64,000 bases of DNA from Psilocybe cubensis (GCA_017499595.2 CM038999.1:4030001-4094000); one strand, 5' to 3'; numbered from the stretch's first letter, positions 11,801 through 23,980 are shown. A program made the numbers and translations. The notes: a model not told the origin generated them from the letters alone.

Positions 11801-14642
11801 CGGCCTATTTTTTTGCGCAGTTTGTTTTGCCTTGCATTACGTTTTGATGTAACCCTTCTCTCGTTTCCTCTGAAGTTGCTACTTCCAAATTAGGAATTAA
11901 TTGATTATGTCACGACTATGGATTTCTAACGTCTCCTTCTTTTCTTCTACTACAGACAGGAATTCGAAACCATTATCGACGGCCTCTCGGATGCACTTGA
12001 TTTCAGTCGTACCATTGGAGCCGATGCAGCTGCATCAATCCCGTACGAGCTAGGTGGAGGTAGAGGTACACTTGGAGAAGTCGATTTTTATACCAGGTAT
12101 GTCCTGATTTTCCTGTACGGGACCCGCATTCTTTTCTATCCCGTGTACCCTCTATCATCGCCGAACTATCACTTATCACCTTTTACTTGTTATTTGTATA
12201 GTCATGAGGGATTGATGCTGGGCTACGAATCCGCTTTGACGCGCGAGCTGCCCGTTCCTCCTTCAATTGATATCGCTAGATCTGCGTCTGCCACCGCCAA
12301 CACCACTGCTGGTGCTGGTGCTGTTGATGCTGATGCATCGAGGCCTGCTAAGGCGCACTATAACACTGGAGCACACTTCTTGTGGATCGGAGACCGTACA
12401 CGCCAGCTGACGGGTGCGCATGTGGAGTACTTTAGGGGAATCAGGAACCCTATTGGGATCAAAGTCGGTCCAAGTATGCAAGCGGATGAGTTAGTGAAAG
12501 TATTGGATGGTGAGTCTCAGTGACTTGCTATGTGTTTCTTCCTGTTCCTCTCGTCCCTCGTTGTATGCTGCTAGCACACTTGCCCCTTTACGTTTTACCG
12601 AAGGACGGCGTTTTTAATGTTCGCCTCGATGATGACGCAACGGCGCACTTCGCAGCCATCCTAACTTGAAGGCTGCGTTGAGACTAGAGGGACTGTTTCC
12701 CAAAGCTACAGTGCAAGATAGATCCTATATCCAACAACGGCATCGTCTCTGCTTGGATTGATCTTCGTCTGAATCATACGACTCTATGGGTGCTTTGGTA
12801 TCTGACCACTTTTCTTTTCGCCTTTGTCTAGTGGTCAACCCTGATAAAGAAACTGGAAGGGTGACGCTCATAACGCGGTACGGAGCATCAAAGGTGCGTC
12901 TTTTCGTAGACCTGATCCATCGTTTTGCCTTCTGTTGGTTGTCCTTTTCTTTTTCCTATTCTTTGGATAACAGACTGCCTTCTCGTGGATCATGTTGTTG
13001 GTGTGATCAGTGCATGAATGAAGATTTGTGTTCGCGTTCGCATTTTCATGCCCGCATTCATTTCTTTGCCTTGTTTGCTTGTTTGCTTAGCCGTCCCGTA
13101 ATGCCAACCCCGAAATCATCGCGGTCTATGGTACCAGCTGGTGAAATCCTTCTCAGACTAAATTCCCCTGTCCCCTATAGAAACCAACTTCTGTGATCGT
13201 GCTGCAAACTCTTTCCAAGTTGTAGGATCTGAGTTTTGCCACGCACCATCAGGTTTTAGTGTTTCTCTTCTCTTATAGATCTACAGTCCTATTTTCTTTC
13301 CCTTTTCAAGCCTTGCTAGGCAGCTCTTCCGCTCTGTCTTTTCTGCCCGAGACGAGCGAGATTAACGTAGCACATTTCTCATCTTGATCTTTTACTCAAG
13401 GCTATGTGCAACTTGGGGGCCGTCCCGTTCACTCCTTCTTTTGTTCCCTTATCTTTCCATTTTGACCGTGGTAACACCTTCGTAACTCTTTGATCTCGTT
13501 TGAATCTTGCCTCTCCTTACACCTTCCAGTTCTCGCGCTTGCATCTATTCTTGTACCCGATTACTTACTTGAACCTGGCTTCTCATGCAGATTGACGATC
13601 ACCTACCTGAACATATTCGAGCAGTTCAGCAATCGGGCCACCCCGTGGCGTGGATATGCGACCCAATGCACGGGAAGTGAGTATTCTTCTTTCCTTCTAA
13701 ACTGTGCTTCCCATTCCTATTATCTCTGCCGTTATGTGCTCCGTTCGTACGCGAGGCTGCATGGCTGCCATCTTCTTTTCTCTCGCATTTTTTGCCATAC
13801 CACTGAATGTAGCGACTGAAGTCGTTATTGGAATCTGGTCGCGGGTGGTGATGGTCCTGGACATTACCCCTGTCAAGTCGTTGCTCCACATGTGCAAGCA
13901 CGAACCGGATGCCATTTTTGGAGGTCATTTTCGTGCGATGTGCTGAGGAAGGTCTTTTTGTACCGATAGTGGATGATGAAGTTTTCCCAACGCATGGAGT
14001 TCCTGAGATTTCGTGCTAACCATGGCGTATTATTGACGTTCGCATGCTAACTGCTTTGATCGTACACAGTACCCAGACGTCAGCTTCAGGGCTCAAAACA
14101 CGACACTTCAATAATATCATTTCGGAATTGACCTCCTCTCTCCGTATCCACACCGAGTGTTCGTCTCGCCTCAATGGTGTCAGCCTTGAGTTCACTGGGG
14201 AGCTAAATGATGAAGGGTATTCCGTCACGGAATGCCTTGGTGGTAGCATGGAGCTGAGCGAAGAGGAATTAGAACTTCGATACCAGGTTCGCTTTCATGC
14301 TTCATGTCTCACGATGTGTCTTCCGTTGTTTTTAACACTTCTATATTCAGTCCTTCTGTGATCCAAGGCTCAACTTTGAACAGAGTCTAGGTGGGTTCTC
14401 GTCTAATTTCATTTAATATTGAACGCGCATTCTTTCTTTTTTTATTTCTTGTACTGGGACCCCGTATCGCTTTTGCGTTCATTATATTTTCACCTTTGTA
14501 TTGTTTTCAAAGACCTCATTCTGACTGGCCTTCCTGTGACGCAGATATTGCCTTCCTCATGTCCAATCATTTTAAAAAGGAACGACAAACAGGGGCCGTT
14601 AACACCGATGCACTCTATCAGCAATTCAAAAAGTCGCATTAA
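8879..14642 (+). CDS. Class II 3-deoxy-D-arabino-heptulosonate 7-phosphate (DAHP) synthase, 16 exons
   Basis: Spliced motifs WSPDSWRSKPIAQ, LPPLVTPSE, HAGDCAESF, RIGRIAGQYAKPRS, FRGDNVNG, YTSHEGL, HFLWIGDRTRQ, NPIGIKVGP, WICDPMHGNT, KTR, VTECLGG and FCDPRLN, all class II DAHP synthase hallmarks. Confidence 0.97.
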
Positions 14643-15147
14643 CTGATCACACTCACCCATGTGAGTATAGTTATGGTGAGCTGCCGTGACTTCAATGCTC
14701 TTGGAAACGCCATTCGAATCACCGTTCGGTTTAGGGACCCAAAAATCACGACTGGATATCCATCAGACAGTAATTTTCTTGGAGCATTACAATTCATAGA
14801 TCCTGTTACTTTCAATTGATAAACGTGCTTCTTTTGCTTCCAACAATAACCTGAAACTACGGAAACTACGACGGCGATCAATTTTCTTGGGGGTTGTTGT
14901 ATTTACATACGTTGGAAGCACGGGGGTTCGAGGATGATCACTGCTCTTTAGAAACCTGCTTGAGCACCAGCAGGGGCTTGATGTGTCCTCTTTGTGCCTT
15001 GGATTCGCAGCTGCTCTACTTGACACTAGCCACGATATGTGAGGTTCATCATTTAGATACCTTGAGTTGCATTTCATCTTACAGTGTCCAAGATTACGCC
15101 ACTTTTTCCGGAACGTGTCTGAAGGCGGATTTGAGGAAACCTTAATT

Positions 15148-15180
15148 CTCACACGAGGCCGTTTCAAGGCCTCGTGTGAG
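15148..15180. repeat. Perfect 13-bp inverted repeat in a promoter region
   Basis: CTCACACGAGGCC-gtttcaa-GGCCTCGTGTGAG, about 45 bp upstream of a TATAAAA and about 90 bp upstream of the ATG at 15272. Confidence 0.85.
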
Positions 15181-15271
15181 CGTGGTGACCGTAAAGTCTT
15201 CTTTTAAGCGCCCATGTTCAGACGTATAAAATTCCTCCTTCCTCGCATTTATCATAGTCGCACTCCATACA

Positions 15272-15949
15272 ATGCCTCGTCGTATCACGGTGAAGATGAT
15301 TCAGATCTTTTCGCATTCACTATCTGTGTTGTGCTTACAACTGCGTTAGGATGATGGCCCGCTGGTTGAATTCTTCGCTCAGTATCCTGATTATCACTAT
15401 GACCATTCAAAGGGGCCTACGAAGAACTTCAGGCTGATGTGCCGCGTCCTTGGCTTTATCCAAGACAGTGACGAGAAAACGGAGGCGAAACAAGCGTTTG
15501 AAGATGCTCTTACTATGGAATTCAATAAAGCCTTTGGAACGGAGGAAAATAACCTGGAGTCATGGCAATCTCTGTGCGAACGCATCAAAGTTGACCCAAT
15601 CCCCGATACCCTGGAGGAGTGTCGCAAGGTAAATTGTACTACAGGTTGAATTTGCATCTTTTTTGAAAGGCTAACCTGGGCTTTCAATTGTTTCCAGATT
15701 GTGGAAGAGACCCATGTTAACCTGGTTGATCTGATCGATAAGAACGAAGAAAACCCGCGTATATTTGATTCGGTCGAAGAGTTGAAGAACTATTGTGTGC
15801 GGGAGCATAAGTTCTTTCCCAAGGAGAATGCGTATGCTGGAGGGTTGCTGAGGTATCTACTGAGGGAATTTTTCAATGCGCACCGCGGACGGCGGGGACA
15901 GGGCAGGCGGGGTAGGGGAGCGGGTCGTGCTCGGCGTGGACGACAGTAA
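15272..15949 (+). CDS. Conserved fungal hypothetical protein with RG-rich C-terminal tail, three exons
   Basis: Introns 15290-15349 and about 15629-15697. Motifs FFAQYP, EFNKAFGTEENNLESWQSLC, THVNLVDLID, FFPKENAYAGGLLRYLLR are typical of a widespread uncharacterised filamentous-fungal family. Confidence 0.85.
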
Positions 15950-16341
15950 TTCATGATAGTCGTACGTTATGGCTGGATCCTTCTCCGGCTAGTTAACGAG
16001 TACCCGTTCAAGTTCGTGAATATGTCTTGATCAAATCTATATCATATATCATATAGTATGAAACCCGAATATGATGGTGGACAAGCGCATTGCACAACAT
16101 ATACTTAGATTTTTACCCAGCTGACTGGGGGAAAATAAATTTAGGAACCTGCCTCACTGGTACATACGTCATCGCAGTGGAGGACAACGCTTAGTTTATT
16201 AAACACGCTATGCGTTGACATAATCCCACGTTTTTCTTGACTTCTTTCTGTCATCTTACCGAAAACAACCTTCAACATTATGAGTAACACATTGGACGAC
16301 ACTGCTTGCAGCACCAAAGGCCCGACACGTGAGACTCCGCT

Positions 16342-17210
16342 ATGACTCGGACTACCCATTCAGCTTACCATAGTGCGTTTCTGAAAGGGAAATTAATACT
16401 GTCTTTGTGCAAACCAGGCCAAGAGGAGGCATTAGATAACGCCATCGTGAAGTTCCCAGCTTCCTACGAGGTATGTTTCTTATTCATGTCATTTAGAAAG
16501 CACTAACAGGTGTGTTCAATAGGAAGGGGTTGCATCTGCCTGCGACGTGTTCAAACTTTCAAATCATTTGCCAACGAATGGCAGTGTTGATCATATCGAG
16601 CTGCGGTACCCCATTTCAATACAAGGTGCCGCATCCAAAATTTGGGCAAAGGTTCTTGCGAGTCAGTGGTCTGAGATTGTGGACGGTTCTACTCCCGAGA
16701 TGGGTGTCTTTGTATTGGGAGATAAGGCACCACCGGGATATGAAGAGAACACGGTGAAGCAGGTAGAAAAAAGCAGTCATTTGGCCGGAAAACAGGTATC
16801 GCAAATCATCAGATGTCTGATGGCTTAATCTAATACTTTACAGGAAAAGATGATGATGCATCTCGTCACCGTGAAGAATCGGCTGTTAGATCAGGAGGAG
16901 AGGTTTGTTGTGCCGCTTGCAGAGTCATACGAGGTATCTCAGTTTCAATCCAAGTTGTGGTGGATACTATACTAAACAGTTCTTTACAACGCAGGATTGT
17001 CTCTCCGCTGCCTATGACTGCTTTTCGTCACTGAAAAAGCTCAAGAAAAAGTGCAAGCGCTCGTCTATTGCTCTTTCGGGGAGATACCCCTCGGTTAACG
17101 GGAAACATATTATTGTAGGACGAATCACCACCCCTGCGGCATATTCCCAATATGTCACACATAGGCATAGCAAGAACATGGCTGTTGAGCTTGTTGTATC
17201 TTTTACATAG
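16342..17210 (+). CDS. Hypothetical protein with two tandem copies of an unknown domain of about 90 aa, four exons
   Basis: MTRTTHSAYHSAFLKGKLILSLCKPG...AIVKFPASYE|EGVASACDVFKL...KQ|EKMMMHLVTV...FVVPLAESYE|DCLSAAYDCF...VELVVSFT*. All junctions are GT-AG and in frame. Confidence 0.75.
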
Positions 17211-18083
17211 ATCATGATATGATAGGAACGACCTGCGAATATGGATACCCAATTCACTGTCTGTTGGTTAAGGCTCCATTGCCTTACTGTTGGGGCCGTA
17301 GCATGGCATACGCCGGGCTGTGCGAATATAACTCATTTAGTCTATCTACTCCCCCGTAAGAATTTTACACCTGGATGGCATCAGCATTAAAAAGGCAGGG
17401 TAGAAGTTGTCCGCCGTAGCCTATGCTCATCTCCTATTGTGACGAAGCGATGCACTGAAAGCGTTGACTAGTCTAAGTACTGTAGAAGTTCCAAGGCACT
17501 GCATAATTAGGGGGGATATGACGCGTAATGAGGCGGTACGCGGTACTGTCCTTCTATTCAACACGTTTTAAGCATAATTTGGAAATCTAATCTTGTTCTC
17601 CAAGATAGCTGCCGCCGCTTCCCCTTTGGTAGCTGGTGTGAGTGTGGCTTTGTTGGTTTTGTCACTTTTGTGCGTCAACTTGAAGTATGTGGTGGATGAT
17701 GAACTAGTTCGCGGGAGTCCTGTCGGCCTTTTGTATTCACAAATATCAGGAAGATAGATCACATACATATATCCACCCCTCTTTCGAGCACGTACAAGCT
17801 TCGTTTGCTGTGCCTATAGACTTCGACCTTCTTCTCACTTGACACAAGTTGAACGAGAAGTGGGTTGTGCTAAAAATAGCAACACAGGCTGCGGAAGCAA
17901 GATGGGCGGTTATGGAAGATCGACTTCTTCCAGAACGCAGTTGGCTGTGCTATCGTCGTTGTTCCTAGAGGTTTATAAGTTGGCAGCCTTTTAGAGAGAG
18001 GGATCTGGGAAATTGATTCTTGCTTTGCTGTTACTCCCAGCTTTCACTCGAGCGTTAAATTTCGATTTCTTTGCACTGGCACC

Positions 18084-18785
18084 ATGTCTGAGAAAGCGCC
18101 TAGCTATGTTCGAGGTAAGTTGGATGGATGGATGGATGGATAATTGTACAGGAATTGTGTGCTGACTGTTTATTGGATACAGACTTGCTTCCAATTACCT
18201 TGCGAAAGGTTGGAAATGATAGGGATGTGGCACATGCTATCATCAGGTTTCCCGCATCATACGAGGTCTGTATTACTTTTCAATCTCAATGTTCGAACCG
18301 GTCAACTGAAGCGTTGGACCTCTCTGTATGTGTGTGTAGGAGGCGCTTATTGCAGCTATGAGAGTGTTCAATCTCCCGAGTCATACGCCTGCGCAGCTGC
18401 GCTACCCCTTTCGTCTACCCGGGAGTTTCAAGTGTGAGTGGGGCACGATTTTACCGGAAGAATGGATCGAAGTCGTCGGAGAGGGTATGGAGGGTGTCGC
18501 ACTAATCATCCCTGGCGGTGCGAACGCGTCGTATGAAACTGAACGCGCTGAATATCGCGATCGCAATCAAATATCGAGTAGGAGCGAATGGAAAAGGGAA
18601 AGGTCCTCTATGTCGGAGGTAATGTTTACTACTTAGAGCTCATCACTTGACAGATGGGTGGCTAAATAGACTTTTCGCAGGCGATATTTTCGATGTTCAT
18701 GATCTTTCTGATTTTTTTGGGGTACGTTATACCGGCGCTGGCAAAGGCGTACTGGAATCGCACTGCGTGCTCGCCTCAAACTTGA
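18084..18785 (+). CDS. Paralogue of the 16342 gene: one domain plus C-terminal transmembrane helix, four exons
   Basis: MSEKAPSYVRD|LLPITLRKVG...AIIRFPASYE|EALIAAMRVFNLP...LRYPF...EWGTILPEEWIEVV...SE|AIFSMFMIFLIFLGYVIPALAKAYW...*. Confidence 0.75.
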
Positions 18786-19001
18786 TATGGTAACTCAGGC
18801 GGAAGACGGCTCTCGAGTCTCCTCATTGGTACTGGTTTGCACACAGAAGCGAGAGATAATGCTAGTCGTATTTAAAGGATGTGTATAATGTGTCATACGC
18901 CGAGTCCAATCGACCATTTCTTGTTGCAAATCCTACAATCTTCACGAGTCCTTAGCTTAAAAAATGAGGCACAATTTAAACTAAACTGCGATGACGACTG
19001 A

Positions 19002-19268
19002 GTGTTTTTCGACAGCCACATAAAGCTAAAAGACACGAGTTCATCATACTCACCTATTTCCTTGAGAAAGTTGAGAGGATTCGTGGGCAATTGGATCACA
19101 TATAAGGTGAGAGTCCCATTAGCCATTCCAGGCGGTTTTCGCAAATATAGCTCAGTAGGAAACCCCGCTTCCGCCATCGAGGTCTTCAATCTGCCGCTTT
19201 CGTACTCCGCAGAGCTTTTAGTTCTTCTTCGTATGCAGGCCAAATCATCAAAAACTGAGACTTGGTAA
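19002..19268 (+). pseudogene. Probable degenerate third copy of the same family
   Basis: PISLRKL and ASAIEVFNLPLSYSAEL resemble PITLRKV and AAMRVFNLPSHTPAQL. An intron-like GTGAGA...TAG at the equivalent position splices out of frame, and there is an early stop. Confidence 0.4.
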
Positions 19269-20105
19269 CATTGTTTCGCACTTACGGGCGCTAATGGTGC
19301 GTGCGACGTCGACAAATCAGGTATTTTTTTGAGTATCCGAGATCGTCTCCGCAGCAGAGCAAAGCATTTCGTCAGCCTGTATGCCTGGACGAGTTCTTCA
19401 ATGTTTCATTGTTCACAAGGTGAATGTCTTGGCATCCTGCCTTTGTTGGGAAGTTGGTCGAAGGTGGTGTTTATCACACTATTACACGCAGATTAAGTCA
19501 TCGGGCCCCAGGGCCCCACCCTCCATGTTGAACAAACAAGTAAAGGTACATTTGTAAAGAATTGGTAAAGGATGTGTTCAGATGCCAGCAAGCTGCAAGG
19601 AGCAACAACCTGCATAGACCCCGTAAGGCCGTAGCCCATACTTTTAGTACCCCATTTCTGTGGTTCCATCATTATGTCAGTCACTTTCGGGAACAGGCGA
19701 AGAAGTTGCATCATTGACAAGGTCCCCGAAGAAAGCTCACAGCGGGCAAACCCATTTTCCTCTAGTCATTATCTTACTCTCCTATTTACTAGGAGGAAAG
19801 AGCAGGCAGGGGTCTGCGGAAGGTGTAGAATGTACGCGAAATTTCATTTCAACATGTGACTGAGATATTGATGAAATTGCAAATGTGGGGTAGGGGCAAT
19901 CAGGGAAGACCTAATTGAAAATGACATTTTAGGGGCATGTGCTTCTTCTACATTCCCACAGGAATATGCATTCTTGTGAAAAGTATAAAGGGCGCACAAG
20001 AGTCGTAAGAGTCGGATTCCATTGAACTGCTCCCATCGTTCATCACCCTTTTCACGTCCGTCTTCTACGTACCCGTTTTACGACCCAACCCACTCTAAAA
20101 CGAAA

Positions 20106-20792
20106 ATGTTCTCCAAAATCGTTCTTCTTATGACCGCTGCTGCCGTCGCCGTCCATGCTCAGGACGCTTCCACCACTGCCTCCGCCCCTGATGCCACTTC
20201 TAGCATCATTGCCAGCCTTTCCCCTTGCATCGTCGCCTGTATTGGCCCAGCTGCTCAGGCTAACGGGTGCTCTTTGTATGTGCTGTTCAATATATCCATA
20301 GACTCTTACTGACCAAAGTAATTTCTATACAGCACTGACCCTTCATGTGTCTGCGCGTCCGCCCAATTCGTGACTGACGCCACGGCCTGCCTGCAAGAGC
20401 ACTGCACACCCGCAGACCTCGCCGCTGCCATCCAATTGCAGACCTCTCAGTGCGCTGCTGGTATGTCTCAGTCTCACTCCTTTGACCATTTGAAACTGGA
20501 ATTCATTCATCGTTTTTTTTCGTTTATAGCTAGCATCACTCCCACTGGCACCCCTACTACCACCAACACCTTCCCCTTCTCGCTCTCTTCGGGATCTGCG
20601 TCTCAGACTGGCTCCGCTAGCGCCTCCACCACTGGCTCCGCTAACACGTCCGCCTCCGCTGCTTCTAGCTCGGCTACTTCTCCCAGCACCTCGGCTTCGA
20701 CTACCCCAAGCAGTGCCGCTGGAGCTTTGGTCGCGAACAGCGGCGCCGCAGCGTTCTTTGGAGCTATTCTCGCTGGAATCGTTGCTCTTTAA
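20106..20792 (+). CDS. CFEM-domain, GPI-anchored cell-surface protein, three exons
   Basis: Signal peptide; PCIVACIGPAAQANGCSFTDPSCVCASAQFVTDATACLQEHCTPADLAAAIQLQTSQC (8 Cys with conserved Asp); S/T-rich stalk; hydrophobic C-terminus. Confidence 0.93.
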
Positions 20793-21921
20793 TTTTGGAG
20801 TTGGGCTAATGGAGCGTTAATTTGAAGTGACGTATGGAATGGAACGATGTAGTTGTCCTGGACTTGTTATGTTATTTGATCGTTTATACCAAAAATTGTT
20901 ATACATACGGAGAAGCGTATATACCTTTCTTCTAACATTCATGAATTTGGAGCTATGTGTCTCGCATTGTTTAGACGAAAGGTTTGCAATGTTCCCTTGC
21001 TTCTGGATGCGGAATTAGGGGGTCTGATACTGTTTAATCCCTAATCCCGAAATCAAAAAGCACATCAAATTCAGTTATTGACTTATTTAAAATTAATGAT
21101 GCATCCGAGCTAAATATGTATGCCGATTTACGCGAAAGGCGCGCATTGTCAGTGGTCACCCCTTTCCCTCCACCAGGTTAGGCACGCAATGCGGGGGTTC
21201 TGACTTTCTGAAGGTCCCCATGAGGTCTTGTGCGGTCCCATGATGTTGAGAGCCGTGCGTACACTACAGTCATACATAGCATCCTACGGCAAACGTAGGT
21301 GGGAACGCCCAGTACAGTTCCTCTTGGAATAGCTTTCGTGGAATCCGCATCTGTTGATGGCCTCCCGACGTCTTTAGTTTCGGATATTGAAGGATTTGTT
21401 TTGCCATGAGGTCTGGAACGTTCATTTCCAGTCATTTCCGTGTTGGCAAAACGTCAAAATTTGAAGATGGAAAGTCTAAATTTAGTGGAATTTTGTTGCC
21501 GCTGATTGCCACCGGATTTTTTGAAAGGATCGTCGTTTTGCTCCAAATGTGTGAGTTGGAATCATCTGCAAAAAATAATAATGGACGATTATTGTAAGGT
21601 TAGCACTTTTAGGACTGGTTAGGAGGATTCCAGCATGAATGGTCACCTTTTCCCAAAGAAATTCGGAGTAAAATCAATCCAACGGAAAGCAATAATGGCG
21701 CCGCAGGAGTACCAGCCAAAATCACATGGATCTTTGACGTCCTGACCCTGACTCTGTTTGAGGAGGTATGGACCAAGGTATATCGCTGCCCTGGGGTATC
21801 TGGATGCAATTTACGGGTACAGAGAATCATGAATGATGAGTAAATGATATCAAGGAGAACGCTAAAATCTCACATGGGGGTGTGTAGTGGGCTTGCGGTT
21901 GGTTCCTTTGCTCATTTGCTC

Positions 21922-23172
21922 CATCGCGAAAACCGCCAAAAACATGCATTGCCTTTGTACCCTTTTAAGGTAAGTCAGGAATTAGCCGACCTTACCAAGC
22001 CAATCAAAACATTTGTTGACCTTGGATTGCCTTTGAAAGGTTAGTGAATTATTAACTGATCTTTGCTTGGGATTTTAATATCTGTTCTTATTGTAAGTCA
22101 TAGCAAAATATTTCAGATGTATGTATAATCAGAGAATTATAAATTCTACCTTATTTTCCAATATAATTATATGCTTTGCCTTATATTGTGTTGTAAAGCT
22201 TTAGAAAAATATTTCCTTGTTAATGAAATCTTACCTGAAAATTGAAAGGCAAACCAATATCTAGATTAGTAGTGTAGGTTATTCATTGATTTTTAGTTAT
22301 TATATTGATTGTTCAATATTTATAACCACGGGGCGCTCCTCACTGCTCAGAGCAAGCTCAGAGACAAAGTTCCATGAGAGATCACATGACATAGAGTCAG
22401 ACATTGGGGCCACGGAAATTGGGGACGGGGACTCTAAAAGACCGTCGCACAACTCAAAACAACTCTGTCAAGGCTTTTCACTTCCCCATCTTCAAGAAAT
22501 TAAATGGTAAGAATTTCTTCCTAACTTGTGAGATTCCTGCCGTATAACCTCTAGCAAGTATACAGTTCCAACAGTACTAGCACACATGTGGGACTGGGTT
22601 TGGCTGGTCAGATAGTAAGTGCACATCATATTCTGTACCATCTATTCCACAATGTACTCATTTTCAACACGAAGGTGACCGACTATCTGATTCTCGCACT
22701 CGGTCTCGTTCTTGCACTTGGTCTCATTCTCGCACTCGGTCTCGTTCTCGCACTCGCACTCGCACTCGGTCTCGTTCTCGCTTTTAGCGTAGTTTTTTTG
22801 CTCTGCTGTTTTGACTTCTACAGTAGCTTTTTTTACTACACGTGTATTTGTATTCAGTTGGTTAATAAGCAATTTGTACATTTCTGGATACCGGCGGCCA
22901 AGCCAGAAAGAGTGAAATAAGATTCATTAATGAGCGCACATCTTTGCAAAGTTACCCAGCTTTGCAAGGGCAATTAAAGATTTGCCCTGCCTTCAAAGGT
23001 CAACTAAGAATGACCAAAAGTTACAAAGGATTCGCAATGTTGCTAATTATAACGTGTCCTTACTTGTAAGTGCTTACAAGTAAGGCCATTTATAATCTTT
23101 GTGTCCTTAGTGCCATTTGTTACCTTTATTAGCAATGTATTATCTGGCAAACTTATGGCGGTTTTCGCGATG
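21922..23172. mobile_element. Non-autonomous TIR DNA element (about 1.25 kb)
   Basis: 17-bp perfect TIR CATCGCGAAAACCGCCA at both ends, flanked by TC on each side (possible 2-bp TSD). AT-rich interior with no intact transposase. Confidence 0.7.
22690..22781. repeat. Degenerate 18-bp tandem repeat built from hexamers
   Basis: Repeats of (a/g)ttctc-gcactc-ggtctc; explains the spurious LALGLV and ENETEC ORFs. Confidence 0.85.
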
Positions 23173-23269
23173 TCCACCGATGGAGTTGCCTGCGGCCTGA
23201 AAATAAGTTCACCGATAGGGGTAAATTGTGTATAAACTTTATATTGTTATGATTGGACTAATTCCCAAC

Positions 23270-23354
23270 GGGCTCTTGGCACAGTTGGTAGCGCGCACGC
23301 TTCGCATTTCTATGCAATTGCGTGAGGTCGTGGGTTCAACTCCCACAGTGTCCA
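23270..23354 (+). tRNA. tRNA-Ala(CGC) with short intron
   Basis: Acceptor GGGCTCT/AGTGTCC-A with G3:U70; D arm GCAC-AGTTGGTA-GCGC; anticodon stem CACGC/GCGTG with TT-CGC-A followed by an intron of about 12 nt; T arm GTGGG-TTCAACT-CCCAC; TTTTT terminator downstream. Confidence 0.95.
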
Positions 23355-23451
23355 AATCAAACCAGACTTTTTTGTCTGGCTCCGATATGTACTACCACTC
23401 ACCAAATCGCTTTGCTTACCACAGAAAACTAGCGCCCGTCAAGAACATAAC

Positions 23452-23539
23452 GGGCTCTTGGCACAGATGGTAGCGCGCACGCTTCGCATTATGTGTATGT
23501 TATTGCGTGAGGTCGTGGGTTCAATTCCCACAGTGTCCA
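23452..23539 (+). tRNA. tRNA-Ala(CGC) with short intron, tandem second copy
   Basis: Near-identical exons to 23270-23354 (two loop substitutions) with a different intron of about 15 nt. Confidence 0.95.
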
Positions 23540-23980
23540 CAGGATTGTTGTTTTGCAGCATTGGGAATGATTTTACTGCACGAGTTTATCATGAGGAGAG
23601 CTATAGAATTAGAGGTATCATACACACGTAGGATCGATACTTTCTCTCTCTTTTATTTAATTTTTTGAACAGGAAGCATGATGCTTTGAGACTTTGAGAC
23701 AAGCGAATGATATGTTTTTATAGCGCCTTTGATTCAATGTTAGTTGCATTAGATTAGGGTTAAGGAGTCAAGGTTGTCGGGGATTTTCTGACCTTTCTGG
23801 AATTATTCAGGTAATAGGGCCTTTTGGCTATAGTCGAGACGCATCAGGCCGTTGTAACTTGTCATCCAGGATCTTTATCTTATCTAATCAAATTCTCACC
23901 TAATTGGTCCCGATTTTCGTTTTGCATCACTGTCGCTACTTTCTTTTCAATTTCAACCTTCAGCACTTTTACATCTTACG

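Noticed and set aside
1-14642. Laccase, NTF2-like, methyltransferase and DAHP synthase as a secondary-metabolite cluster
   Set aside because: No backbone enzyme, transporter or regulator is visible, and all are common stand-alone genes; a cluster beyond the left edge cannot be excluded.
19490-19770. Possible retroelement integrase relic (YICKELVKDVFRCQQ)
   Set aside because: Fragmentary, interrupted by stops, no LTR or other pol motifs.
22588-22920. ORFs with LALGLV and ENETEC repeats
   Set aside because: Translation artefacts of a tandem DNA repeat inside a TIR element.
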